Notes under the pieces: generated by a model
Database searches by the model: none
What the model was told of the DNA's origin: nothing
The model's input: the letters and a program-made list of their open reading frames with translations, nothing else
Position numbers and translations under genes: made by a program
Assembly (NCBI GenBank): GCA_963841645.1
Contig: CAWJDS010000018.1
Span: 68,881-132,880 of the forward strand
Direction of reading: 5' to 3'
Length of the DNA: 64,000 nucleotides
DNA from: an uncultured Gammaproteobacteria bacterium
Lineage (GTDB): Bacteria; Pseudomonadota; Gammaproteobacteria; Steroidobacterales; Rariloculaceae
Shown: positions 54,466 to 62,529 of the stretch, piece after piece
How positions within the stretch are numbered: the first letter of the stretch is position 1
Layout of the letters: the number at the start of each line of letters is the position of its first letter

Positions 54466-55086
54466 GTGTCTCAACCGGCCAATCCAATGCGTGCTCGCTG
54501 GATCGCAGTCGCCCGTTTCGCGGGTGTGCTCGCGGTCGCGGTTTGGGTCGCTGCGTGTCAGCAACCCAACAGGCCGCGCACGTACGAGTTTTTCATGGAA
54601 GACGGCCTCGCCAGGGAAGGCGTTCTCGCGCGTTGCAATCAAGATCGCAAAGCGTCGGTCGACGACCAGGAGTGCGAGAACGCGCGTCGTGCAGCCGCGG
54701 CAGTGGGGGCGACGGGCGAGCATGAGCGTACTCAGAACTACGAGCGCGAGTCGTCGCGCAAGCTCGAACAGCTTCGCGATCGCGCGGCTCGCCAGCAGCA
54801 GGCCGAGGAGCAAGCGGCTGCTGCCGCGAAGGCCGCCGAAAAAGACGCTTACGAGGCGCAGTGGCGCGACAAGAATGCCGCCGGGCAGGCTAACGGCGCG
54901 GGTCCGATCTCCGATGCGAGCAGCGGCGCCGACGAGCGCGAATCGTTGTCGCAGCTGCCGGCGCGGCCCGAGCTCAAGATCGCGGCCGTCGAGCCGCCGA
55001 AGGCCGACGTCCAACCGCAGAAACCCGAGATCGAGCACGCGGCGGTCATCCCGCGGCCGTTCCGCGATTCCTCACTCCAGCGCTAG
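54466..55086 (+). CDS. lipoprotein with EexN-like N-terminal module and charged coiled C-terminal half
   Basis: Lipobox VWVAAC (the alternative start is 54487). TYEFFMEDGLAREGVLARCNQD...DQECENARRAA. Then a Q/E/A/R-rich helix. Confidence 0.6.
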   Translation: MSQPANPMRARWIAVARFAGVLAVAVWVAACQQPNRPRTYEFFMEDGLAREGVLARCNQDRKASVDDQECENARRAAAAVGATGEHERTQNYERESSRKLEQLRDRAARQQQAEEQAAAAAKAAEKDAYEAQWRDKNAAGQANGAGPISDASSGADERESLSQLPARPELKIAAVEPPKADVQPQKPEIEHAAVIPRPFRDSSLQR

Positions 55087-55152
55087 GTCCTAGCGCACCG
55101 CACGCCCAACGACGAGACACGCCCGCGACCGGGCGTTGCGCCCACGCATGCG

Positions 55153-55950
55153 TCAGCGCGGCGTCTCGTCGAGCGGGTAGATCACTGCCTCTTCGGCGGA
55201 ACCGCCGCTGCTCGGCGCGCTCCCGTTCGTCGTGGTGGTCGTCGTCGTCGCGGGCGGCGCCGCGCCGGGTGTGCTCACTCCGTGCAGCGTGTCGATGAAT
55301 TGCCGCGCGGTGGCCGGTGTCGCGGCGGTCGTCGGCCCGAGCGCTGCGCGATCGTCGCCCGAGTAGAAGATCTTGTCGCCGTCCTCGTCGATGTCGAGCC
55401 GTGCACCCTCGAACGCGGCGCCGGCGTACAAGCCGCGGCTGCGCGTATAGATGTAAACCTGGGCTTTGCCCGTGATCGCGGCCGTCGCGCGTTTGCCGAG
55501 CGGGCCCGCGATGGCGGTCGCGTCGCCGCCCATCGTGAACTTGCCGCTCGCCATGTTCTTGACCGACTGCTCGTTCTCGAACACGAGCACGACGTCGGCC
55601 CACTCGGCGCCGAACTGGAGCCCGATGTTGCCGCCCGTGAGCGTGATGAACGCCGGATTGCTCCACTGGCCGTCCGCCTCGCGCACGCTGAGCACTCCGC
55701 GGCCGCGCCGCCCGCCGAGGAAGAAGCCGCCCCGCACGAGCGACGGTATCACCGCGACGCCGTGCGCGCGCTCGAGCAGTGCGGCCGGGATGCTCTTCTC
55801 GTCTTCGGCGGTGAACTTCACCAGCACCTCCGAAGCTCGGATGAGCCGGTCGCTGTCGGACGTCTCGGCGGCGCTCGGCCGAACGGTCGCGACCAGAGTC
55901 GCGGCCAGCAGTGCAAGACCGAAGCGATGAGCGATTCGCGCGGTGCGCAT
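55153..55950 (-). CDS. lipid-binding SYLF (Ysc84-like) domain protein
   Basis: The last 265 codons of ORF 55153..57837 from ATG 55950. Signal peptide. AHGVAVIPSLVRGGFFLGGRRGRGVL, WSNPAFITLTGGNIGLQFGAE, KFTMGGDATAIAGPLG, YIYTRSRGLYAGAAFEGA. Confidence 0.85.
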   Translation of the reverse strand: MRTARIAHRFGLALLAATLVATVRPSAAETSDSDRLIRASEVLVKFTAEDEKSIPAALLERAHGVAVIPSLVRGGFFLGGRRGRGVLSVREADGQWSNPAFITLTGGNIGLQFGAEWADVVLVFENEQSVKNMASGKFTMGGDATAIAGPLGKRATAAITGKAQVYIYTRSRGLYAGAAFEGARLDIDEDGDKIFYSGDDRAALGPTTAATPATARQFIDTLHGVSTPGAAPPATTTTTTTNGSAPSSGGSAEEAVIYPLDETPR

Positions 55951-56018
55951 CGTGTAATCTCGGGCGGTTACGATGCCGCGCATCTTAGCGCGTCCGCGCA
56001 GCGCTGCCACGCGCGACG

Positions 56019-57998
56019 CTAGAGCGCGAATCCGGGCGGAAGAGGGCAGTCGAGCGTCGCGGCGATCGCGCGGAACAACTCCTGCTCGTCGAGCTCGACT
56101 TTGCCGTCGGCGCGAATCGTCGCGAGCACGCCTCGTAGTAGCTTGAGCTTGGGCGCAGAGCGCAGACCGGCGAGCGCCGTGAGCGCGCCGTCGAGCTTCG
56201 CGAGATCGCGCGTCGCGGAGGGCGACTCGAACGAAGGAGCGTCGCCCGCGTCGGCCCAGCCGATCGCGGCGAGCCCCGCGGCATACGCCGCGCGCGCGGC
56301 CGACGCGTCCGCGTTGCCGAACGCGGCGACGGTCGCGAGCAGCGAGCGCACCGCGTCGCGCAGCGCGCTCTTGGTGACCGCGGCACGCGGCGCGGACGCT
56401 GCCGAGGTCGGCTGCGCGCGCAGGTAGGCCGCGAGCACGTGAATCAGCACGTAGTCGAACAGTCGCGGCTCGACCTCGAGCGCGGCGAGCTTGCCGAGCA
56501 AGTCGAGCAGATAGCGGATCTGCTCGGCCGGCCGGCGTTTGAGCGCCGGCAGCGCGAGCGCGACGATCGTCAGCCGCAAGCGCCGGTCCACTTGGCTCAG
56601 AGTGTCGTAGAGTCGCCGGCAGTCGTCCGAGCGTACGCCGCCGAGCTGCTGATCGAGCAGCGCGAATTGGCGATCGCGCGCGGGCGCGTCGGGCGCAACG
56701 GCGAGCGCGGCGACGAGCAACAGGCTCGAATCCTGCGCGCGTGCGGCCTCCTTGATTTGCTCCGGGATCGCGTCGCGCAAAGCTTCGCCGACGGCGGGCG
56801 CGACGATTTGACCGGCGCGCTCGCGCACCGGGTCCGATGAGGGCGGCATCGCGGCGAGCGCGGCGCTCACCGCGGCCGCGGTGCGCGCGGCGGCGTCGAA
56901 GCCGCCCTCGGCGCGCGCGGCCGCAATCGCGCGTTCGGCCGCGATCGCGGCGCCGGGTCCCGGCAGCGGCTCGGCCTTGGGTAAGTCGCGCGGGTCGAAG
57001 GACGGGTCGAGCGCCTTGATCCGTTCGATCAGCGGCGGATGCGTCGCGAACAAGCCTCCGAACGCGCCCGAGCCGCGCTCGAACAGCATGTGAGCGACCT
57101 CCTCGGTCTCCGCGTACTGGATCCGCGCGCCGTAGGCGGCGATCTTCTTGAGCGCTCCAGCCAAGCCCTGCGGCTCGCGCGTGAACTGCACGGCCGAGGC
57201 GTCCGCGAGCGCCTCGCGCTGGCGCGAGACTGCGGCCTTGATCAGGCGGCTCAGGAACACGCCGATCCAGCCGATCACGATGAGCGCGATGCCGACCACG
57301 ACCGCGATCGCGAGCGCGCTGTTGTCCTTGTTGCGGTTCGGCCGCGCGTAGCCGAGGCCGCGCAAGATGAAGCGGCCGGCGAGCGACAGCGCGAGAATGC
57401 CGAACGAGAGCCCTATCAGCTGCTGGTTGAGCCGCATGTCGCCGTTCAAGACGTGGCTGAACTCGTGCGCGATCACGCCTTGCAGCTCCGCGCGATCGAG
57501 GCGCTCGAGCGCGCCGCGCGTGACGCAGATCGCCGCATTCGCGTGCGTCGTGCCCGCCGCGAACGCGTTGATGCCGGCCTCGTGCTCGAGCACGAAGATT
57601 TCGGGCACCGCGACGCCCGACGCGAGCGCCATCTCCTCGACGACGTTTACGAGCCGCTGCTGGAGCGGGTCGGCGCCGCCGCCGGTCACCTGCGTCGCGC
57701 TCATCATCCGTGCGACGTCGGCGCCGCCGCCCGCGAGCGAAGCGGCTCGGTACACGCTCGCGAGCACCATGATCGCGAGCGTGACGGCCATAGCGGAGGC
57801 GAGCACGCCGAGATTCGCCGCGATCCAGCCGCTCCAACCACCGGTGCCGCCGTAGAGCGCATTCGGGTTCGCGTAGCGCAGCGCGAGCGAGAGCGCGAAC
57901 GTCGTCGCGAGCGCGCAGAGCACGAACGCGAGCAGGAACGCGCCGACGAGCACGCGGCTCGTGCGTCGCGTCTGCTCCTGGCGCGCGAAGAAGTCCAC
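56019..57998 (-). CDS. M48-family (HtpX-like) zinc metallopeptidase with ~330-aa C-terminal extension
   Basis: Intact 659 aa. TM helices. HEFSHVLNGD zinc motif. REALADASAVQFT. The long Ala-rich C-terminal domain ends RADGKVELDEQELFRAIAATLDCPLPP. Confidence 0.9.
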   Translation of the reverse strand: MDFFARQEQTRRTSRVLVGAFLLAFVLCALATTFALSLALRYANPNALYGGTGGWSGWIAANLGVLASAMAVTLAIMVLASVYRAASLAGGGADVARMMSATQVTGGGADPLQQRLVNVVEEMALASGVAVPEIFVLEHEAGINAFAAGTTHANAAICVTRGALERLDRAELQGVIAHEFSHVLNGDMRLNQQLIGLSFGILALSLAGRFILRGLGYARPNRNKDNSALAIAVVVGIALIVIGWIGVFLSRLIKAAVSRQREALADASAVQFTREPQGLAGALKKIAAYGARIQYAETEEVAHMLFERGSGAFGGLFATHPPLIERIKALDPSFDPRDLPKAEPLPGPGAAIAAERAIAAARAEGGFDAAARTAAAVSAALAAMPPSSDPVRERAGQIVAPAVGEALRDAIPEQIKEAARAQDSSLLLVAALAVAPDAPARDRQFALLDQQLGGVRSDDCRRLYDTLSQVDRRLRLTIVALALPALKRRPAEQIRYLLDLLGKLAALEVEPRLFDYVLIHVLAAYLRAQPTSAASAPRAAVTKSALRDAVRSLLATVAAFGNADASAARAAYAAGLAAIGWADAGDAPSFESPSATRDLAKLDGALTALAGLRSAPKLKLLRGVLATIRADGKVELDEQELFRAIAATLDCPLPPGFAL

Positions 57999-58015
57999 GC
58001 GTGCGAGCTAGACGC

Positions 58016-58603
58016 TCAGTTGAACGACACCTTGGGAGCCTCGCGCTTCGCCGGCTGCTCGACCTCGAGGAACTCGGCCGGCTTGAAGCCGAAGTTGTTC
58101 GCGACCAGGTTGGCCGGGAAGTTCTGGCACGCGTTGTTATAGGAGAGAACCGAGTCGTTGAACGCTTGGCGGGCGAACGCGACCTTGTTCTCGGTCGACG
58201 TGAGCTCTTCTTGCAGCTGCTGCATGTTCTGGCTCGCCTTGAGGTCGGGATAAGCCTCGGTGAGCGCGAACAGCCGGCCGAGCGTGCCGCCGAGCGTCGA
58301 CTCGGCCGCCGCGAGCTGCTTGATCGCCTCGGCGTCGGACGGGTCCGCGGCGGCCTTCTTCAACCCGGCCTGCGCCGCGTTGCGCGCGTTGATCACGGCC
58401 TCGAGCGTCGACTTCTCGTAAGTCATGTAGCCTTTCACCGTTTCGACGAGATTCGGGATCAAGTCGTAACGGCGCGTGAGCTGCACGTCGATCTGCGAGA
58501 AAGCGTTGCGCACTCGGTTGCGCGAGTTGACCAGGTTGTTGTACATCCCTACGGCCCAGAACACGATCAGCGCAAGGATGACCAACGTGACGATCAGGCC
58601 CAT
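58016..58603 (-). CDS. lemA: LemA family protein
   Basis: 195 codons from ATG 58603. N-terminal TM. NNLVNSRNRVRNAFSQIDVQLTRRYDLIPNLVETVKGY...AYPDLKA...FNDSVLSYNN. Lies 17 nt upstream of the M48 gene. Confidence 0.92.
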   Translation of the reverse strand: MGLIVTLVILALIVFWAVGMYNNLVNSRNRVRNAFSQIDVQLTRRYDLIPNLVETVKGYMTYEKSTLEAVINARNAAQAGLKKAAADPSDAEAIKQLAAAESTLGGTLGRLFALTEAYPDLKASQNMQQLQEELTSTENKVAFARQAFNDSVLSYNNACQNFPANLVANNFGFKPAEFLEVEQPAKREAPKVSFN

Positions 58604-58654
58604 CGAATTGCTCCTTAGGCGTACGGACGCGCGGAGAATACGCCGCGAATCCTC

Positions 58655-59651
58655 ATGCCGCCAATCGCGGCACCATTTCGCTACCGCGGCGCTGCTCGGC
58701 GCGTCGCTTGCGCTCGTCGCGGGCCGGGCGTCGGCCGGCTGGGTCGGCGACGCAATGGACCTCATGGGAACCCGCGTCTCGGTTGAGCTCTGGGACGACG
58801 ACGAGGCCCACGGCCGCAAGCTCGTGCAAGCGGTGATGGAGGACTACAAGCGCATCGACCGCGAGATGAGCACGTACAAGCCCGACAGCGAGATCTCGTT
58901 CGTCAACGACCACGCGGCCGAAAAGCCGATCCCGATCAGCGAGGAGCTCTTCAACCTGATCGACGTGTCGCTGCAATTCTCGGTCGCGAGCCACGGCGCG
59001 TTCGACATCACGTACGAGAGCGTCGGTTACATGTACGACTTTCACAAGCACGAGCATCCGAGCGAGGAGCAGATCAAGGAGCACCTGCCGGCGGTCGACT
59101 ACCGGCACGTCGTGCTCGAGCGCGGCGCGCGTACGATCGAGTACACGATGCCGGGCGTGCGGATCAACTTAGGCGGCATCGCGAAGGGCTACGTCGTGCA
59201 GCACGAAGCCGAGTTCTTGAAGGCGAACGGCATCGAGCACGCGCTCTTGAACGCCGGCGGCGACACGCGCGTGATCGGCGACCGGCGCGGCAAGCCGTGG
59301 ATCGTCGCCATCCGTCATCCCCGCGCCAAAGATCAGGTGATCACGCGGCTACCGCTCGTCGACGAGGCGATCTCGACGGCCGGCGACTACGAGCGCTTCT
59401 TCGAAGAGGATGGCAAGCGCTATCACCACGTGATCAATCCGCATACCGGCGAGCCGACCGAAGGGATCCTCACGGTTTCGGCGATCGGTCCGAGCGGCAC
59501 GATCACCGACGGGCTCGACACCGCGATCTTCGTGCTCGGCGTGAAGGAAGGGCTCGAGCTGATCAAGAAGTACCCGGGCTACGAGACGATCATCGTCGAC
59601 TCGAACGGGAAGATTTACTACTCCGAGGGCCTCGAGCCGGGACGCGAGTAG
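58655..59651 (+). CDS. apbE: FAD:protein FMN transferase (ApbE family); start region uncertain, possible frame break near 58675
   Basis: MGTRVSVEL, FSVASHGAFDIT, INLGGIAKGY, LLNAGGDTRV, EAISTAGDYERFF, YHHVINPHTGEP. No in-frame ATG precedes the signal-like HHFATAALLGASLALVAGRASA. ATG 58655 is in the adjacent frame, and an in-frame TTG lies at 58608. Confidence 0.85.
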
Positions 59652-59759
59652 TCCCGCTTCTATCGTTCCGGTAGCACCCCGCGCGTTCTTGCCCCACGTG
59701 CGTGCGCCGTCGCGGGCTATCGCTTAAGCTCCGCGCGAAGCCGTCGTGGAGCGCGTGCC

Positions 59760-60152
59760 ATGCGTCATTCCTGGAGCATTACCTTCCTTCTCGCAGGCCT
59801 GCTCGCGACCACCGGCGTGCTCGCGCACCACTCGGCGGTCGCCGAGTACGACCTCGATAAGCCGGTATCGATCAGCGGCACGATCAAGCGCGTCGAGTGG
59901 CAGAACCCGCACATCTGGTACTACCTCGACGTGAAGGAGAACGACGGCGGCCTCTCCGAGTGGGGCGTGTCGGGCGGCGCCCCGGGGCAATTGATGCGGC
60001 GCGGAATCACCAAGGATGTGCTCCAGGTCGGTGCCGTCGTGTCCGTCGAGGGTTTTCGGGCGCGTGACGGGTCGAAGAACATGACGGGGCGGCGCGTCAC
60101 GTTCGCGGACGGCCGCGACGTGTTCACCGCGGGACCCGAGCAGCAACGCTGA
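59760..60152 (+). CDS. secreted DUF6152-like protein
   Basis: Signal peptide ending AHHS. ISGTIKRVEWQNPHIWYYLDV...WGVSGGAPGQLMRRGITKDVLQVGAVVSVEGFRARDGS. Family assignment is from memory. Confidence 0.65.
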   Translation: MRHSWSITFLLAGLLATTGVLAHHSAVAEYDLDKPVSISGTIKRVEWQNPHIWYYLDVKENDGGLSEWGVSGGAPGQLMRRGITKDVLQVGAVVSVEGFRARDGSKNMTGRRVTFADGRDVFTAGPEQQR

Positions 60153-60168
60153 AGAGCGAGGAAGCACG

Positions 60169-60951
60169 ATGACGATTCGAGCCGAGTTGATCTTCGCGCT
60201 GGCTGCGGTCACGTTGGTCGTCTCGAGCGCTAAACTTGAGCAAGCCGCGGCGCAGGCGTCGTCCGAGATCCCTCGCGCGGCGGGCGGCAAGCCCGATTTC
60301 AACGGCATGTACGAGTGGCCGCGCGCGCTGCCGGGTGCGGCCACGTGCCGCTGCTCGGCCACGATCTTCGATCGCAAGAACTTCGCGCCGTTCCTTGCCG
60401 ACGGCGAGCCGTTCCTCGAGCCGCGTACCGGCGATCCGCGCCACGACGAGCCACGCGCGTTTTGCATGCCGGCCGGTTTCCCGTCCGGGATGCTGTCCGC
60501 GAACGCGATGCAATTCTCGCAGACACGCGATTACCTGATCGTCCTGCACGAGTTCCAGGGTATGAAGCGCGTCATCCCGCTCGACGGCAGGCCGCACAGG
60601 AAGGGAATCGAGCCGTCGTACTACGGCGACTCCGTGGGGCATTGGGAGGGCGACACGCTCGTCGTCGTCACTAAGAACCTCAAGCGCTGGTCGCTCGACG
60701 ACTACTACTACACCGATCCGAAAGAGTATCGGATGCACAGCGACGCGCTCACGGTCACCGAGCGCATCAGCTTCAAGAGCCCGACGCAGCTCCGTTACGT
60801 GATGACGCTCGACGATCCGAAGATCTTCAAGCAGCCATGGGCGCAAGAGTTCGAGATCACGGCACGTCCGGAGTGGAGCGAGCTCGGCCTGCTCGAATAC
60901 GTCTGCGAGGAGAACAACCGCTGCCCAGGCGGCGTTTGTAAGGCGAACTGA
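60169..60951 (+). CDS. secreted hypothetical protein
   Basis: Intact 260 aa. SD GAGGAAG. Signal peptide. Cys-containing termini (ATCRCSA ... VCEENNRCPGGVC). Starts 16 nt after the DUF6152-like gene. Confidence 0.6.
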   Translation: MTIRAELIFALAAVTLVVSSAKLEQAAAQASSEIPRAAGGKPDFNGMYEWPRALPGAATCRCSATIFDRKNFAPFLADGEPFLEPRTGDPRHDEPRAFCMPAGFPSGMLSANAMQFSQTRDYLIVLHEFQGMKRVIPLDGRPHRKGIEPSYYGDSVGHWEGDTLVVVTKNLKRWSLDDYYYTDPKEYRMHSDALTVTERISFKSPTQLRYVMTLDDPKIFKQPWAQEFEITARPEWSELGLLEYVCEENNRCPGGVCKAN

Positions 60952-60959
60952 GCCTTCGA

Positions 60960-61520
60960 CTAGCGGCGCGCGTACTCCGTAAAGACGTAATCCCTCGCCT
61001 TCGCGATCGTGTGGCAGCCGTAGCCGCACTTCGCGTCGTTCGATTGCGGCGGAGAATCCTGCGTCGTACCCGGCCTGAACGTGTCGGTTGCGACGTCGTA
61101 CTCGAACGCGCCGTATCCCCAGCCACCACTGTCCGCGAACCGCCTGCTGTCCTTCACCATGAAGTCGACGTTGGCGAGCTTGTCTGGCACCGTCGGATTC
61201 CCGGGGTTGGCGCTCTTCTTCGGTAGCCAATGGATCTTCGCCATCTTCGCGCCATCGGGAAACGGTTTGCCGTTGGCCGGAATGCCGGCCTCGAATGCCT
61301 CGATCATCTGCGGATTGCCGACGATTACGGCGACGAGGGGACCGTTCTCACTGATCGCGATCGTCTGCCAGCTCTCGTATCCCTTGAACTCGGAGAACGC
61401 GAGCCCGCCGGGGACCTTCAGCGAATATTTGTCCTTGCCCTGCGCGTAAATCGCGCCGATGCCCGACAACGCGACCAATACGCTCGCGGCAATCACCGAG
61501 TAAGAAGTTCCGTGTCTCAT
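60960..61520 (-). CDS. cytochrome P460 family protein
   Basis: Signal peptide. GYESWQTIA, KIHW, GGWGYGAFEY. C-terminal heme motif CGYGCH followed by DYVFTEY. Confidence 0.85.
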   Translation of the reverse strand: MRHGTSYSVIAASVLVALSGIGAIYAQGKDKYSLKVPGGLAFSEFKGYESWQTIAISENGPLVAVIVGNPQMIEAFEAGIPANGKPFPDGAKMAKIHWLPKKSANPGNPTVPDKLANVDFMVKDSRRFADSGGWGYGAFEYDVATDTFRPGTTQDSPPQSNDAKCGYGCHTIAKARDYVFTEYARR

Positions 61521-61701
61521 CGCAGATGCCTCCGAAGAAGTTGAGTCGTTCTGGTTTTGCCGTCCCTTACTCGGCGGGTCGAATCGGCGCGCCGAAGCGA
61601 CTCCGCGATTCTCTCACCAATATTCCCAGTTTTGGAAGCGCAGTTACGTCGCAACCTGCGCTATCGGCAGGCGCGGGAGCGGCGCGTGCGTTACGTGCGT
61701 G

Positions 61702-62415
61702 TTACGACGTTTTCGCGCTCGAATCGCGGCGCGCGCGGTCGATCGGTGTGACGTTACGTGCACCCTCATCGACGAAGTAGCGCCGCATCTTCATTGCGGC
61801 CCGAAGCTTTGCCGTCCGCACGTACGACTGGTAGAAGAGATCCTTCACGGCCTCGATCAACACGGCCGCCGCCTCGGGGCCGATGGTCGGTGGCCCGCTC
61901 GTGTCCCCGAACAGTGCCGCCTCGATCGCCCGGCCGGCCTCCGGTTCGACCTCGGCAATTTGCAGCACCTCGCGCAGCGACTCTTGCCAGCGTCGTCGCG
62001 TGGCCGAGTCTAGGTCCTTGAGCGCCGCGTCAACTGCGAGCCGAGACAACAATGCGAACGCGGTGTGGCAATTCGCCGTGTAGCAGTCGAATGCCTCGCG
62101 CAATAGCTTCTCGACGTCCCTGCCGAGATAGCTGAACTGAAACTTCTCGTGCGGCTTCTCGATCTCGACGAGATTGGCCGACAGCTCGACGCGCTCGGGC
62201 TCGAACGCGCGCACGGCGGCGCGCACGAAGCGCGGCTCGTTGCAGGCGGCGCAGCGAAACACGATCCCGACGTGCGTTGGCCGCGCCTGCATCACAGCGG
62301 CGAACGACGGGGTTGCGAGCGGCAAGAGTTGAGCGAGCGCGCCGCAGTGCGGGCACTCGCGGGTCGCGACTTCGCGTTGCTCGAAGTCGTTGTTCTTGTT
62401 TACATAAATCGGCAC
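61702..62415 (-). CDS. zinc-ribbon + DUF4145-like domain protein
   Basis: CPHCG...(26 aa)...CAACN zinc-ribbon pattern. C-terminal helical module REAFDCYTANCHTAFALLSRLAVDAALKDL is DUF4145-like. GTG 62415 (AAAGG upstream) is preferred over the Arg-rich extension to 62472. Confidence 0.6.
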   Translation of the reverse strand: MPIYVNKNNDFEQREVATRECPHCGALAQLLPLATPSFAAVMQARPTHVGIVFRCAACNEPRFVRAAVRAFEPERVELSANLVEIEKPHEKFQFSYLGRDVEKLLREAFDCYTANCHTAFALLSRLAVDAALKDLDSATRRRWQESLREVLQIAEVEPEAGRAIEAALFGDTSGPPTIGPEAAAVLIEAVKDLFYQSYVRTAKLRAAMKMRRYFVDEGARNVTPIDRARRDSSAKTS

Positions 62416-62529
62416 GGGGGGACCTTTTCTTTGCAGCCTACGCGATCGCGCGGCGCGTTGGAACGCGGCCACGAGTGAACGGCGCTAAACCGCCGGCTGC
62501 AAGCGTTGGCGCTGCCAGCGGGTGGTGCC

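Noticed and set aside
55153-57837. 894-aa minus-strand ORF.
   Set aside because: Only its last 265 codons (the SYLF protein, from ATG 55950) are meaningful. The upstream part is an alternate frame of the M48 peptidase gene with Arg-rich nonsense translation.
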